A DNA stretch of 64,000 nt, taken from assembly GCA_964016885.1 (NCBI GenBank), contig OZ024762.1, positions 10,292,001 through 10,356,000 on the forward strand. Reading direction: 5' to 3'. Positions 14,343 through 27,287 of this stretch are shown here, piece by piece (position 1 is the stretch's first letter; each line of letters starts with the position of its first letter). The position numbers and the translations under genes were made by a program. This DNA is from Eledone cirrhosa (taxonomy: Eukaryota). The notes under the pieces were generated by a model. It was given only the letters and a program-made list of their open reading frames with translations, did not search any database and was not told where the DNA came from.

Positions 14343-15324
14343 TGTTTCTTTATTAGCCACAGGGGCACAAAAGAAGGGGACAAATACAAAGGGGGAAGTT
14401 TACATACAATAAAAACGTGTAAAATACTATCACAAATGCAATTTAAAAATTAATCGATTTTCCCCAATAGGGGGAGACAGTTCATATGGGTAACACATAC
14501 CCCCGAAAAAATGGGTAACCCTCATCTCCAGGAGTACGAAGAGTTTGTACCCCTTTCCCCTCTTCCTCTTTTTCCTCAACCTACAAGCTGATATAGAGAG
14601 AAGGCCCATTCACTCGGGCCATTCTCGCCACTTTCACCCACCTTTTATAAAACTTGCTGGGGTACAGCACCTCTCTCTCCATCCTGATTCTTCTTCCAAA
14701 GTGGTATTTGAAAAAAAGAATCAGTTGTTGGCCGGAGAGAAAGGTGTCTGACCTCAGCCCTTTCAACCTTGTCCACCATACAACCTCTTTCGCCATAGCT
14801 ATCACACAAATGAAAACCGCCTCTCCTTCGTTTTTGAAGGAGGGTGGCAGTTTGATCATGACAATGGACTCGGTGGTCAACCGGATTGGTCCCACCCGCG
14901 ACAATAGTCGTTCTACATAGCCCCACAGGTCAGTGACGCCCGGGCAGTGTATGAATGCGTGCGCGACGGTTTCTTCGTCTCGCACGCACCTCGGACAGAT
15001 CTTTTTTGCAGGGTCCCTGCCCGGGCGCCCATGTCTGTAGAGCTTGTCTCGAACTGGTAGAGCTCCTCGGTAGCACTGCCAGGCCAGGGACTTTTGGAAG
15101 TTGTCCATCGGTCCCGGGCGGAAGGTCCTACCGAACAGACTGGCCAGTTCATCTTCCTCTACGCCTAGAGTTTCACCGAGCGCGTCGTCGCACTTGCTGT
15201 GGATCAACCCTCTATAGAATGACGAAGCGGAGTCTCCACTGATCGCCGGAGCGCTGTGAGCGCCTGAGCACATTCGATATGCCAGTCGCCCATTTTCCTC
15301 GGTCTTTGCTTGACCCAGGACTGC

Positions 15325-15385
<61 letters not shown>

Positions 15386-16000
15386 TATTTCTTTATTTGC
15401 CACAAGGGCGTACAAGAAAAGGGGACAATACAAGGACATATGCCGGGGATTTTACATACAATCGTGTAAAAAGAAAAATTTTAACAAACAAATTCAACAA
15501 TCGAAATCCCCAATAGGGGGGAGAGGCGTTACAAATGGGTTGTTTAATACCCCGTAGATAGAACAACCCTCAACTCCAGGAGCGTGTTGTGCAAGTCCTC
15601 CTTTCTTCCTCTTGCTCTCTTCTTCAACCTACAGGTTTATATACAGAGAAGGCCCAATCACTCGGGCCATTTTTGCTGCATTCACCCACCTTTCAGTAAA
15701 TTTACTGGGGTGCAGTACCTCTCTCTCCACTCTGATTCTCCTTCTAAAGTGATAGATAGATATATTTCTTTATTTGCCATAAGGGCGCACAAGAAACGGG
15801 GACAATGGAAAGACAAATGGTGGGGATTTTACATATAGTCATGTAAAAACGTTTTAACATTAAAATATAACAATCCAGATTCCGAACATTACTGCAGAGT
15901 TGTTTTACGCCGCGTAAATATAACAATCCTCAAAACCAGGAGCACGCTTTATAGGTGTTCCCGTATTCATTCTTTTTGTCTTCCTCAACTTACAGATTTA
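14343..16000 (-). mobile_element. Second stack of L1/Tx1-type 3' fragments (14343-15325, 15385-15751, 15762-16000)
   Basis: Same 3' ends and (GATA)n junctions as the 7.2-9.7 kb stack. Confidence 0.85.
14581..15325 (-). pseudogene. L1/Tx1 ORF2 C-terminus with zf-RVT zinc-binding motif (uninterrupted but 5'-truncated)
   Basis: LAWQCYRGALPVRDKL...CPRCVRDEETVAHAFIHCP...VVWWTRL; the ORF-track N-terminus is (TATC)n read-through. Confidence 0.85.
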
Positions 16001-16135
16001 TATACAGATATTGGGTTCCATTGTGGGCAGCCATGCAGAACTAACGATTTGTGAATGAATATGAAATGTAAATTTGAGCTTTCTACGAAAAAAAAGGAGT
16101 GTAAAAATGTACGTGTGTGTGTGCGTATATATGTG

Positions 16136-16184
<49 letters not shown>

Positions 16185-16208
16185 ATATATATATATGTGT
16201 ATGTGTGT

Positions 16209-16259
<51 letters not shown>

Positions 16260-16270
16260 CATATATATAT

Positions 16271-16552
16271 ATTGTTATATTTGGGGAGGGTCATATTTGC
16301 GTAATATTGCCAGAATTAATAACAGAACACATTCGCCGGTCAGTCAATGGCAACATTGAGGACCGAGTAAGTTAGATCGCAGATATATATATATAAAAGA
16401 CAGCGAGAAGCGAAAACCAACCAAACAGTGAGTGTGTTCTGTTATTAATTCTGGCAATATTACGCAAATATGACCCTCCCCAAATATAACAATATCTGTT
16501 TCGACACACGATTTCATATAAAAAACCTCGCAAAACTAATTCATCGCCGCTA
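16271..16552. mobile_element. Penelope-like remnant related to family D, with inverted repeat 16271-16331/16432-16492
   Basis: Shares gagggtcatatt..gcc with 20.4k, 25.1k and 45.6k copies; flanked by (TA)n. Confidence 0.6.
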
Positions 16553-16561
16553 CATATATAT

Positions 16562-17171
16562 ATGGTGGCTGCCAACTCGTTTTCGAGTACGGCCACTACT
16601 TTATATCCATGTAGGAGAACCCCTACCGATGCGCTGAACGAGTGTGACTTTTTAGTCCACCCAGCGACTTGAAAACTATGGTACAAACACTATACTTGTG
16701 ACAATTATTGGCACATAGTGCTGGGCCCATGGTACCATGTGACGACAAGTGCAGAGAGATCTCCAGATATAAAGCAATGCCTGTGCCGTGAAGCTTTTAT
16801 AGTGAGCAAAGGCACTGCACAAAGCCAGTCCCACTCTCTTAACCAAGATGATATTTACCAAAAAGAAGAACAAGTCAACATCATTGGATACCATCAGGGT
16901 TGCAGGTGTTATATCAGAGTTTTCCTTCTCCTAGAATTCTGCCTTGACAAAGGCTAAGGGGTCATCTCTCCCGGTGATTTTGGATGGCCATTGACTCTTA
17001 AGAGCTCCTTTGCCCTTTGACAGGTTTTGTTTTTAGTCCTGCAGGATGTCCAAAGTCACCCACCTCACCAAGAAACCTTGGTGGGGTTGCCAGTTTAGTC
17101 GCCAACGACCCGACCATGAGACAGGTTGTACTGGGATACATGTTACCAGTAGCACCAACTGGTGACCTGAC

Positions 17172-17172
<1 letters not shown>
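16562..17172 (-). mobile_element. Non-autonomous RTE-derived element, copy 1
   Basis: Near-identical inverted copy of 18276-18888; ends with a C2H2-like remnant. Confidence 0.6.
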
Positions 17173-17204
<32 letters not shown>

Positions 17205-17541
17205 TATATATATTAGAATGAAACGAAATTTCATTTCTCACTCTTAGTACGGCACTTACTTAAATGTATATATATACGTGTATATACATACATACATACT
17301 TATATATATATATACACACATATATATACACACACATATATATACACACATATATATATACACACATATATATATATATATACACATATATATATATACA
17401 CATATATATACACACACATATATATACACACACATGTATATACACATATATATATATACACACATACATATATACACACATATATATATATATATACACA
17501 CATATATATATACACATATATACACACACATATACACACAC

Positions 17542-17578
<37 letters not shown>

Positions 17579-17894
17579 TATATATCATAATCTATAAAGC
17601 TCAGTGTGTGGTCATGCTCCTTTCTTATAGAAATCTACGATATAGAAAGAACCGTTATACATATTTCCATGACGATAGATATCGTGATTTCATCAGACGG
17701 CACAATTGAGTAAAAGGCAACGTTTCCGAGGCAGTTATGGGTGTAAGGGAGCAGACTAAGAACATTTATGCTTCTGCTTTGATTGTCCGCTCCCTTCAGA
17801 AGTTATCAGTTATCAATCTTGATAAAAAAAAAAAGTTCAACCTTGAGGACAGTCGTGTTTTCAATGTAATACATGTGAACGAAAAAACTCTTCC

Positions 17895-17943
<49 letters not shown>

Positions 17944-18275
17944 ATGTTTTCTCTTTCTCTTAATTTTGAGTATATTTTTTTGACCGGCCACCTTCCTGGT
18001 GGCAAGGTTGTAAAAGAAAAGAAATTGTCATCCCTTGAATCGCAAGAATGTTTTGCAAATTTTGAAGGTGCCAGCTATCGCAGCCATTTGCAGACTATGA
18101 ATTAGGGAGCTGCGCTTTTTGTCCGCAAATCCAAGTTCAGTCATACTTTCGTCCAAGCGGGTTGGTATATAACCCGTAGCACCAATAATGATGGGTATGA
18201 AGCTGTATGTATGTATGTATGTATGTATGTATGTATGTATGTATGTATGTATGTATGTATGTATGTATGTATTTT

Positions 18276-18888
18276 ATGTCAGGTCACCAGTTGGTGCTAC
18301 TGGTAACATGTATCCTAGTACAACCTGTCTCATGGTCGGGTCGTTGGCGACTAAACTGGCAACCCCACTAAGGTTTGTTGGTGAGGAGGGGGACTTTGGA
18401 CATCCTGCAGGACTAAAAACAAAACCTGTCAAAGGGCAAAGGAGCTCTTAAGAGTAAATGGCCATCCAAAATCACCGGGAGAGATGACCCCTTAGCCTTT
18501 GTCAAGGCAGAATTCTAGGAGAAGGAAAACTCTGATATAACACCTGCAACCCTGATGGTATCCAATGATGTTGACTTGTTCTTCTTTTTGGTAAATATCA
18601 TCTTGGTTAAGAGAGTGGGACTGGCTTTGTGCAGTGCCTTTGCTCACTATAAAAGCTTCACGGCACAGGCATTGCTTTATATCTGGAGATCTCTCTGCAC
18701 TTGTCATCACATGGTACCATGGGCCCAGCACTATGTGTCAATAATTGTGACAAGTTTAGCGTTTGTACCAGAGTTTTCAAGTCGCTGGCTGGACTAAAAA
18801 GTCACACTCGTTCAGCGCATCGGTAGGGGTTCTCCTACATGGATATAAAGTAGTGGCCGTACTCGAAAACGAGTTGGCAGCCACCATA
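18276..18888 (+). mobile_element. Non-autonomous RTE-derived element, copy 2
   Basis: 3' part reads (C>F)SVCTRVFKSLAGLKSHTRSAHR*, a degenerate C2H2 finger like RTE ORF ends; short 3' UTR then TA/TATG tail. Confidence 0.6.
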
Positions 18889-18989
18889 TATGTATGTATG
18901 TATGTATATATATGTATATATATAATATTTGCCAAGGGCCCGATACTGAAATACTGAAAAAACTCTCTGAACTGCATGCACAAAACCTA

Positions 18990-19058
<69 letters not shown>

Positions 19059-19354
19059 CATGTATGTTTACAATATATATATATATATATCCACATACAC
19101 ATACATATTTATATACATTCACGTACATTTATCTATCTCTATATATAAATACATACACACACACGTCCATACGCACACACATGCGCACATACACATACAC
19201 ATACACATACACACGCACACACACACACACACACGCGCGCACACGCGCACGTATGGCAACTTTATAAGCTTACTAATGCTCTCTTACTTAATGTCAGAAA
19301 TAGCGTTTTCCAAATAAATGTCACTGTAATAGTCCCGTCTTTGTGATGCTGTGT

Positions 19355-19390
19355 TTCCGGTGTCATTTAAACGGAAGTGACGTCATTTCA
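19355..19390. promoter_or_regulatory. Composite ETS-CRE motif CGGAAGTGACGTCA
   Basis: Motif match only. Confidence 0.25.
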
Positions 19391-19528
19391 ATTGTTTTCA
19401 CCGTTACCTCAGCAAGTGTGAGAAAGTTTGCCGTAATCTTGGACAAATAAACATACAATAAATTACATACACACACACACACAACAACACAATAACAACA
19501 ACACACACAATGACTGTACTATGTACAA

Positions 19529-19583
<55 letters not shown>

Positions 19584-19679
19584 AATTTATGCAGTAGTTG
19601 CTTGAATTAATAAATGTGCCTGGTTTTCTCTTCAAAACAAATATCCAGACTAGAAGGTTATATATATATATATATATAT

Positions 19680-20104
19680 TAAAGTGTTAAACAATATTCA
19701 ATGAGTATGTCAAAGAATGAGTTTTACAGTAGATTAGAAGCACTCTACGTGTAAAAGCCATTTTTATTTTATATATATATATATATATATATATTAAAAT
19801 ACAAATATTAATAAAATAGATGTTCTTTTGATCAATTACATTTTATTATGCATATTTCGGATGTACAACAGTACGTCCTCATCATACAAAATATAATGAT
19901 ACATGACATACCCTGAGATACCCTTAAATGGTTAAGATTTAATCAAGGTAGATGACTACCTTGATTAAATCTTAACCATTTAACATCTCAGGGTATGTCA
20001 TGTATCATTATATTTTGTCTGATGAGGACGTACTGTTGTACATCCGAAATATGCATAATAAAATGTAAGTGATCAAAAGAACATCTATTTTATTAATATT
20101 TGTA

Positions 20105-20113
<9 letters not shown>
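19680..20113. mobile_element. Penelope-like element, family B copy 1 (inverted repeat 19791-19951/19956-20113)
   Basis: ~160-bp arms with 4-nt loop; second copy at 38.9-39.3k; (TA)n flanks. Confidence 0.75.
20009..20067 (+). ncRNA. Minimal hammerhead ribozyme (family B)
   Basis: UAUAUUUUGU-CUGAUGA-GGACGUAC UGUU GUACAUCC-GAAA-UAUGCAUA-AUAAAAUGUA; 10-bp stem I. The minus-arm twin (19837-19895) has a C3>A core mutation. Confidence 0.8.
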
Positions 20114-20181
<68 letters not shown>

Positions 20182-20220
20182 GGCTTAGGCATTACAATCC
20201 AACAGGGAGAAATATAATAG

Positions 20221-20263
20221 CACCGCTGATGATGTCACAGATGTGTGACGAAAAAACTTTGAT
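20221..20263 (+). ncRNA. Hammerhead motif (family D variant); element continues to ~20443
   Basis: CUGAUGA-U-GUCACA GAUG UGUGAC-GAAA; stems I and III weak. Confidence 0.5.
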
Positions 20264-20437
20264 AGACTAATATCCGTATTTTTAACCGTTGGTCAATCAA
20301 TGATAAACTTTGATTGCCAGATAAATTAACTATGGAGATATAAAGATACAGAAGTGAAAACCAACCCAAATCAAACAGTGAGTGTGTTGTGTTATTATTT
20401 CTGGCAATATTACAACAATATGACCCTCCACAAGTAT

Positions 20438-20532
<95 letters not shown>

Positions 20533-20631
20533 CATATATGTATGTGTGTATGCATGTATGTGTGTACGTATGTACATACATATGTTTCTATGTATATACG
20601 TATGTATGCATATATGTACCTACATACGTAC

Positions 20632-20662
<31 letters not shown>

Positions 20663-20708
20663 TGTATGTATGTATGTATGTATGTATGTGTGTATGTGTG
20701 TATGTATG

Positions 20709-20742
<34 letters not shown>

Positions 20743-20939
20743 TGTATGTATGTATGTATGTATGTATGTATGTATGTATGTATGTATGTATGTATATATC
20801 TGTGTGTCATTGCATACAGACCAGATGGGAAATCTAGGCGCCATTTCCAATTTCTCATTAAGTACTTAGTAAAATAATCAGCATTAAATAGATGTGTTAC
20901 AGGTAAGTAGATGAGATAGAGATAGATACATGTATCTGT

Positions 20940-21090
20940 AGGCAGCTAATTGGCCGAGTCGGTAGAGCAACCGATTAATAAACTCGTTTGTTCCGGATCT
21001 CTCCGTTCTCGGTTCAAATCCCGCCCAACTCAACTTTGCCATAAATCCTTTTGAGGGTGATAAATAAAATATCCATTCCGCACTGGTGTT
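20940..21090 (+). mobile_element. Diverged tRNA-derived SINE
   Basis: tggccgagtcggtagagc A box; ggttcaaatccc B box. Confidence 0.7.
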
Positions 21091-21130
21091 GATTCTCTCA
21101 CTACCACATATATATATATATAAATATATA

Positions 21131-21260
21131 TAGGAAAATGTTCAAGACCCCGACGGCAGATTTCAAGCCGTTTCGACGGCTATTTCTGGACTACTACCCT
21201 AAGTATTGAGTACTCTGGTGCGTTATGGTCCACCTGGTTCCTTACCACACTTCCTTCGTT
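21131..21260. mobile_element. Family F short element in (TA)n (copies also at 24762-24878, 27288-27415, 55289-55437, 55922-56197)
   Basis: Shared ctactaccctaagtattgagtactctggtgcgttatggtcc core, often with an inverted head. Confidence 0.65.
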
Positions 21261-21419
21261 ATATATATATGTATATATATATATATATATATAAATTTAA
21301 AAAAATGATATGTAAAACTAGGGGGTTTGCTCTGTATTCTATTTTTTTTGTATATAATGGGCCCCACAAATCTGATATGCCCTGGGCCCCCATGGTCTAA
21401 ATCCAACCAGCCTAGACCA

Positions 21420-22189
21420 CTAAATACCTAGATACACTGTAGAGCCAGCTTAGGGTACTAAATACCAAGAGACACAGTGTAGAGCTAGCGTAGGGTACTA
21501 AATACCCAGACACACACTGTAGAGTTAGCTTAGGGTACTAAATACCCAGACACACACTGTAGAGCTAGCTTAGGGTACTAAATACCCAGACACACACTGT
21601 AGAGCTAGCTTAGGGTACTAAATACCCAGACACACACTGTAGAGCTAGCTTAGGGTACTAAATACCCAGACACACACTGTAGAGCTAGCTTAGGGTACTA
21701 AATACCCAGACACACACTGTAGAGCTAGCTTCGGGTACTAAATACCCAGACACACACTGTAGAGCTAGCTTAGGGTACTAAATACCCAGACACACACTGT
21801 AGAGCTAGCTTAGGGTACTAAATACCCAGACACACACTGTAGAGCTAGCGTAGGGTACTAAATACCCAGACACACACTGTAGAGCTAGCTTAGGGTACTA
21901 AATACCCAGACACACACTGTAGAGCTAGCGTAGGGTACTAAATACCCAGACACACACTGTAGAGCTAGCTTAGGGTACTAAATACCCAGACACACACTGT
22001 AGAGCTAGCGTAGGGTACTAAATACCCAGACACACACTGTAGAGCTAACGTAGGGTACTAAATACCCAGACACACACTGTAGAGCCAGCTTAGGGTACTA
22101 AATACCCAGACACACACTGTAGAGCCAGCTTAGAGTACTAAATACCCAGACACACACTGTAGAGCTAGCTTAGGGTACTAAATACCCAG
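21420..22189 (+). repeat. 40-bp minisatellite (~19 copies)
   Basis: Unit aatacccagacacacactgtagagctagcttagggtacta. Confidence 0.95.
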
Positions 22190-22454
22190 GTGTCGACTTT
22201 GTCTTTATGTCAGACATCCGCTCTCGCCCCATCGCACCAACTTCCAGTTTCATATTGCACTAAGTTTACATCCACCTTCGACTTTCAACCTAATCACATC
22301 ACATCGGTATTGAAACATTTTCACTTTGAAAGTCAAGGTTCTAATATCCGGCCACACCCAGTCCTTCATCCACCCTCGTTCCGGTTCCCTCCTGTTCCTT
22401 TTCTTTCTTTCCTTCCTTCATCCCTATCTTATTTTCCCCCTCACTCCTCTCCTA

Positions 22455-22895
22455 CCACTGCCAGCAACATCACCACCACGACCATCACCACCACCACCAC
22501 CACCACCACGTGACTACTACCACCGCCGTCAGCAACACCATCACCACCACCACCACCACTACAGCCACAACTACCACCACCACCACCACCATCGCCACCA
22601 CGTGACTACTACCACCGCCGTCAGCAACACCACCACCACCACCACCACCATCGCCACCACGTGACTACTACCACCGCCGTCAGCAACACCATCACCACCA
22701 CTACAGCCACAACTACCACCACCACCACCACCACCACCACCACCATCGCCACCACGTGACTACTACCACCGCCGTCAGCAACACCACCACCACTACTCCT
22801 CAACCACGGGACCACGGCCACCGCCATCACTACCACTACTTCCGCGACTACAATCGAAACCACCGCCACCACCACCAACAACAACAACAACAACG
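22455..22895. repeat. (CAC)n-rich tract with repeated cacgtgactactaccaccgccgtcagcaac module
   Basis: Four copies of the module. Confidence 0.85.
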
Positions 22896-22984
22896 ACGGA
22901 ACATCGCACTACCAATCTCACGTGCACCAGACTTGAGCGCTCGAACGCCCGAACGAAGACGAGGTTCCTGCATTCCTCTCTCAA

Positions 22985-23012
22985 ACCGGAAGTAAAGCGG
23001 AAACCGGAAGCA
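22985..23012. promoter_or_regulatory. Clustered ETS-type motifs (CCGGAAGT, CGGAAA, CCGGAAG) in a CpG-rich patch
   Basis: Motif match only. Confidence 0.3.
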
Positions 23013-23159
23013 GAAACCTATAAAGTTTCTGATGATTTATTTCCTTCTTAGTTTCACATTTTATTATTTTTCTTCTGCAGCAGCAGCAGCAGCAGTAGTA
23101 GTAGTAATAGTAGTGGTAGTAGTAGTATAGTAGTAGTAGTAGTAGTAGTAGTAGTAATA

Positions 23160-23510
23160 TATTGGGTAATTGCTAGCCTTGTGCCAAAAACAGAAACAAT
23201 TATTATATAAAATAAAGTACCAGTAATGTACTGGGGTAATGCTGGCCTTGTGCCAAAAGTAGAAACAGTTATTATAATAATTGTTTCTACTTTTGGCACA
23301 AGGCCAGCAATTACCCCCAGTACAGTACTGGTACTTTATTTTATCGACCCCGTAAGGATGAAAAGCAAAGCTAACCTCGGCAGGATTTGAACTCAGAATG
23401 GCAAGGGCCTGGTTAACTTTGCCTTTCATCCTTACGGGGTCGATAAAATAAAGTACCAGTAATGCACTGGGATAATTGCTAGCCTTGTGCCAAATGTAGA
23501 AACAATTATT
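23160..23510. mobile_element. Cluster of SINE fragments in both orientations
   Basis: 3' halves on plus (23160-23272, 23410-23510) and minus (23278-23400). Confidence 0.75.
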
Positions 23511-23845
23511 TAGTAAAGGCAATCCCGAGGCTGTGGCAAATTAAGTGTAAAACTAATGATTGGCTTTCGATACTAGCCACCTCCTCAGGTGTATATCTTA
23601 AATATGTCTTCAGGGGAGACCACGACGAAGCAGCTTCCTGTTTCCGTTGATTTTATTAAATATTAAGGCTTCATGTCTCATTTAGGAACTGACAGCACAT
23701 ACATATATACATACACATATACGTACGTACGTGCACACATATACATACATACATACACATATACGTACGTACGTGCACACATATACATACATACATACAT
23801 AGATACATACATACATACACATACATACATATATGTGTGTGTATG

Positions 23846-23879
<34 letters not shown>

Positions 23880-23944
23880 TGCACACATATATACATACGT
23901 ACATACACATATATATGAGTGTATGTATATATATATATATATGT

Positions 23945-23989
<45 letters not shown>

Positions 23990-24018
23990 TATATACACAC
24001 ACATATATATATACACAC

Positions 24019-24052
<34 letters not shown>

Positions 24053-24072
24053 ATACATATACATATATATAC

Positions 24073-24107
<35 letters not shown>

Positions 24108-24252
24108 TGTAAATATATATATATACACACACACATGCACACATATATGAATACGTACATACATATATACATACTTACACACACACATAAACTTGCTCAC
24201 ATTAAGGTTTCAGATTTCATTAGGAAATTGATTACGTGCACACATGTACAGC

Positions 24253-24318
<66 letters not shown>

Positions 24319-24369
24319 AGTATCAGCCGTACTAAAAGTGAGAAATTTCATTTCATTTCATTCTTTTCC

Positions 24370-24404
<35 letters not shown>

Positions 24405-24876
24405 AATTAAAGTATAGAAATTATTGTGAGCGTGAAGCCAACAGTATTTCATAATATATAAGTGACTATGACGTCAAAATGGGAAAATAGTTAACGTAAG
24501 ATGTGGGAAAATAATTCAAACTCAATTAAAAAAAAAAAATCAAGACATAGATTTATCCATAGATTTTTGTGAAATCCAGGGAAAAATCAATAGAGCCTTA
24601 ACTCAGAATAAAATAAAGTTTAAATACTCATCCTTCAATTTGGAAAACTATAAATGCTCTGTATAGTCTTAAAAAGACTATTTCGCGAAACTTTCAGTGG
24701 GGATGGTCACGGTTGGAATCGTTCATCAGCAGAGCTCAAACACATATATATATATATATATAGGAAAAAGTATGACCCCCGACGGCATACTTTTTCCTAT
24801 TTCCCACTCTACTACCCTAAGTATTGAGTACTCTGGTGCGTTATGGTCCATCTGGTTCCTTACCACAATTCCTTCG

Positions 24877-24938
<62 letters not shown>

Positions 24939-24996
24939 TATGTGTGTGTGTGTGTAAATATATATATACTGATATGTGTATATACATATGTAGATG

Positions 24997-25042
<46 letters not shown>

Positions 25043-25045
<3 letters not shown>

Positions 25046-25343
25046 CGTTTCTGAATTTGTTTAGCAATATTCTTTATCTGAAAACGTGTGTTGAAACCGA
25101 TATTGTTATACTTTGGGAGGGTCATATTGCCAATAAGAAACACACGCACCATGCTTTCACTTCAATTTATTATAATAAATTTATAAATTTAGGAATTTAT
25201 AAATTTCCGGTTAGTTCCACAACCAGATGGTTGTTTATATATTGTCAAAGTTCTTTCGTCACACATTCTGTGACCTCTTCAGTGACTGGGGATTCTTTTC
25301 TTTGTTTTTGTGCCTCTTTTTTGTTCTGTCCTACGCCATCTTG

Positions 25344-25345
<2 letters not shown>
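25043..25345 (-). mobile_element. Penelope-like element, family D
   Basis: Homologous to 45630-45942; (TA)n flanks; sense 3' end ...aaacaaattcagaaacgaaa. Confidence 0.7.
25244..25286 (-). ncRNA. Minimal hammerhead ribozyme (family D)
   Basis: GUCA-CUGAAGA-G-GUCACA GAAUG UGUGAC-GAAA-GAACUU-UGAC. Confidence 0.65.
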
Positions 25346-25420
<75 letters not shown>

Positions 25421-25574
25421 CATAGATAGATAGATATGTAAAATTGGAATTCTACCTATCTCTACACTCCATGCTTTGAGTACTGTCATGATCAGTGGTT
25501 TCCCCGGTTTCATCACCGAAGTTCTCCCCCACACCTGCTATCAGGAACCTATCTTGGGTTCTCCTCTCTTCGGA

Positions 25575-27287
25575 GATGTGCATCTCTCGTGAGGTGGAGA
25601 GAGTCCTTTGTTGATCTCCTAAACCCGATCACAACAGCATCTTTTGATGTACAGGAGGTGCATCTGGGATTGGTGACTAATCTCTCAGAGGCTGAGGTCA
25701 CAAGAGCAGTTACAGAACTCAAATGTGGCAAGGCCACTTGGGAAGATGAAATCTGGCACGAGATGTTAAAAGACTTAAATAGAGAAGGTATTCTCTGGCT
25801 GACTCGTGTGTGCCAAGTGGCCTGGATCTCTGGAAAGGCACCTAAGCAATGGCAATCGAAAGTGATAATACCAATTTTCAAAAAAAAAAAAAGAGACAAG
25901 AAAGATTGTTCCAATTAAAGAGGAATCTCCTTGTTAAGTCTCCCCGGTAAAGTCTCTGCTAAGTCTCCCTGGTAAAGTCTCTGTTAAGTCTTCCCGGTAA
26001 AGTCTATGCTAAGTCTCCCTGGTAAAGTCTATGCTAAGTCTCCCCGGTAAAGTCTATGCTAAGTCTCCCCGGTAAAGTCTCTGCTAAGTCTCCCCGGTAA
26101 AGTCTATGTTAAGTCTCCCCGGTAAAGTCTATGCTAAGTCTCCCCGGTAAAGTCTCTGCTAAGTCTTCCCGGTAAAGTCTCTGCTAAGTCTCCCCGGTAA
26201 AGTCTATGTTAAGTCTCCCCGGTAAAGTCTATGCTAAGTCTCCCCGGTAAAGTCTATGCTAAGTCTTCCCGGTAAAGTCTCTGCTAAGTCTCCCCGGTAA
26301 AGTCTCTGCTAAGTCTCCCCGGTAAAGTCTATGCTAAGTCTTCCCGGTAAAGTCTCTGCTAAGTCTCCCCGGTAAAGTCTCTGCTAAGTCTCCCCGGTAA
26401 AGTCTCTGTTAAGTCTCCCCGGTAAAGTCTATGCTAAGTCTTCCCGGTAAAGTCTCTGCTAAGTCTCCCCGGTAAAGTCTCTGCTAAGTCTCCCCGGTAA
26501 AGTCTATGCTAAGTCTTCCCGGTAAAGTCTCTGCTAAGTCTCCCCGGTAAAGTCTCTGCTAAGTCTCCCCGGTAAAGTCTCTGCTAAGTCTCCCCGGTAA
26601 AGTCTATGCTAAGTCTCCCCGGTAAAGTCTATGCTAAGTCTCCCCGGTAAAGTCTCTACTAAGTCTCCCCGGTAAAGTCTATGCTAAGTCTCCCCGGTAA
26701 AGTCTATGCTAAGTCTTCCCGGTAAAGTCTCTGCTAAGTCTCCCCGGTAAAGTCTATGCTAAGTCTCCCCGGTAAAGTCTCTGCTAAGTCTCCCCGGTAA
26801 AGTCTCTGCTAAGTCTCCCCGGTAAAGTCTCTGTTAAGTCTCCCCGGTAAAGTCTATGCTAAGTCTTCCCGGTAAAGTCTCTGCTAAGTCTCCCCGGTAA
26901 AGTCTCTGCTAAGTCTCCCCGGTAAAGTCTATGCTAAGTCTCCCCGGTAAAGTCTCTACTAAGTCTCCCCGGTAAAGTCTCTGCTAAGTCTCCCCGGTAA
27001 AGTCTCTGCTAAGTCTCCCCGGTAAAGTCTATGCTAAGTCTCCCCGGTAAAGTCTATGCTAAGTCTCCCCGGTAAAGTCTCTACTAAGTCTCCCCGGTAA
27101 AGTCTATGCTAAGTCTCCCCGGTAAAGTCTCTGCTAAGTCTCCCCGGTAAAGTCTCTGCTAAGTCTCCCCAGTAAAGTCTATGCTTAGGATCTGGCAAAG
27201 AGATTCAGGGAGATTGCCGAGCCCAAGTTAGCTGATGAACAATGCGGTCCCCCCTCCCCGGTCGTTGTTCAGCCGACCAGATATTCT
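25575..27287 (+). pseudogene. RTE-type reverse-transcriptase N-terminal fragment split by a minisatellite
   Basis: EVTRAVTELKCGKA..DEI..EMLK...PKQWQSKVIIPIFKK..DCSN*RGISLLSLPGKV [array] ..RFREIAEPKLADEQCG..PGRCSADQIF. Confidence 0.85.
25936..27185 (+). repeat. 25-bp minisatellite (~50 copies)
   Basis: Unit aagtctccccggtaaagtct(c/a)tgct. Confidence 0.95.

Noticed and set aside
23560-23595. Minus-strand CUGAGGA-GGUG..UAUC-GAAA
   Set aside because: Weak stem II; no stem I or III partner found
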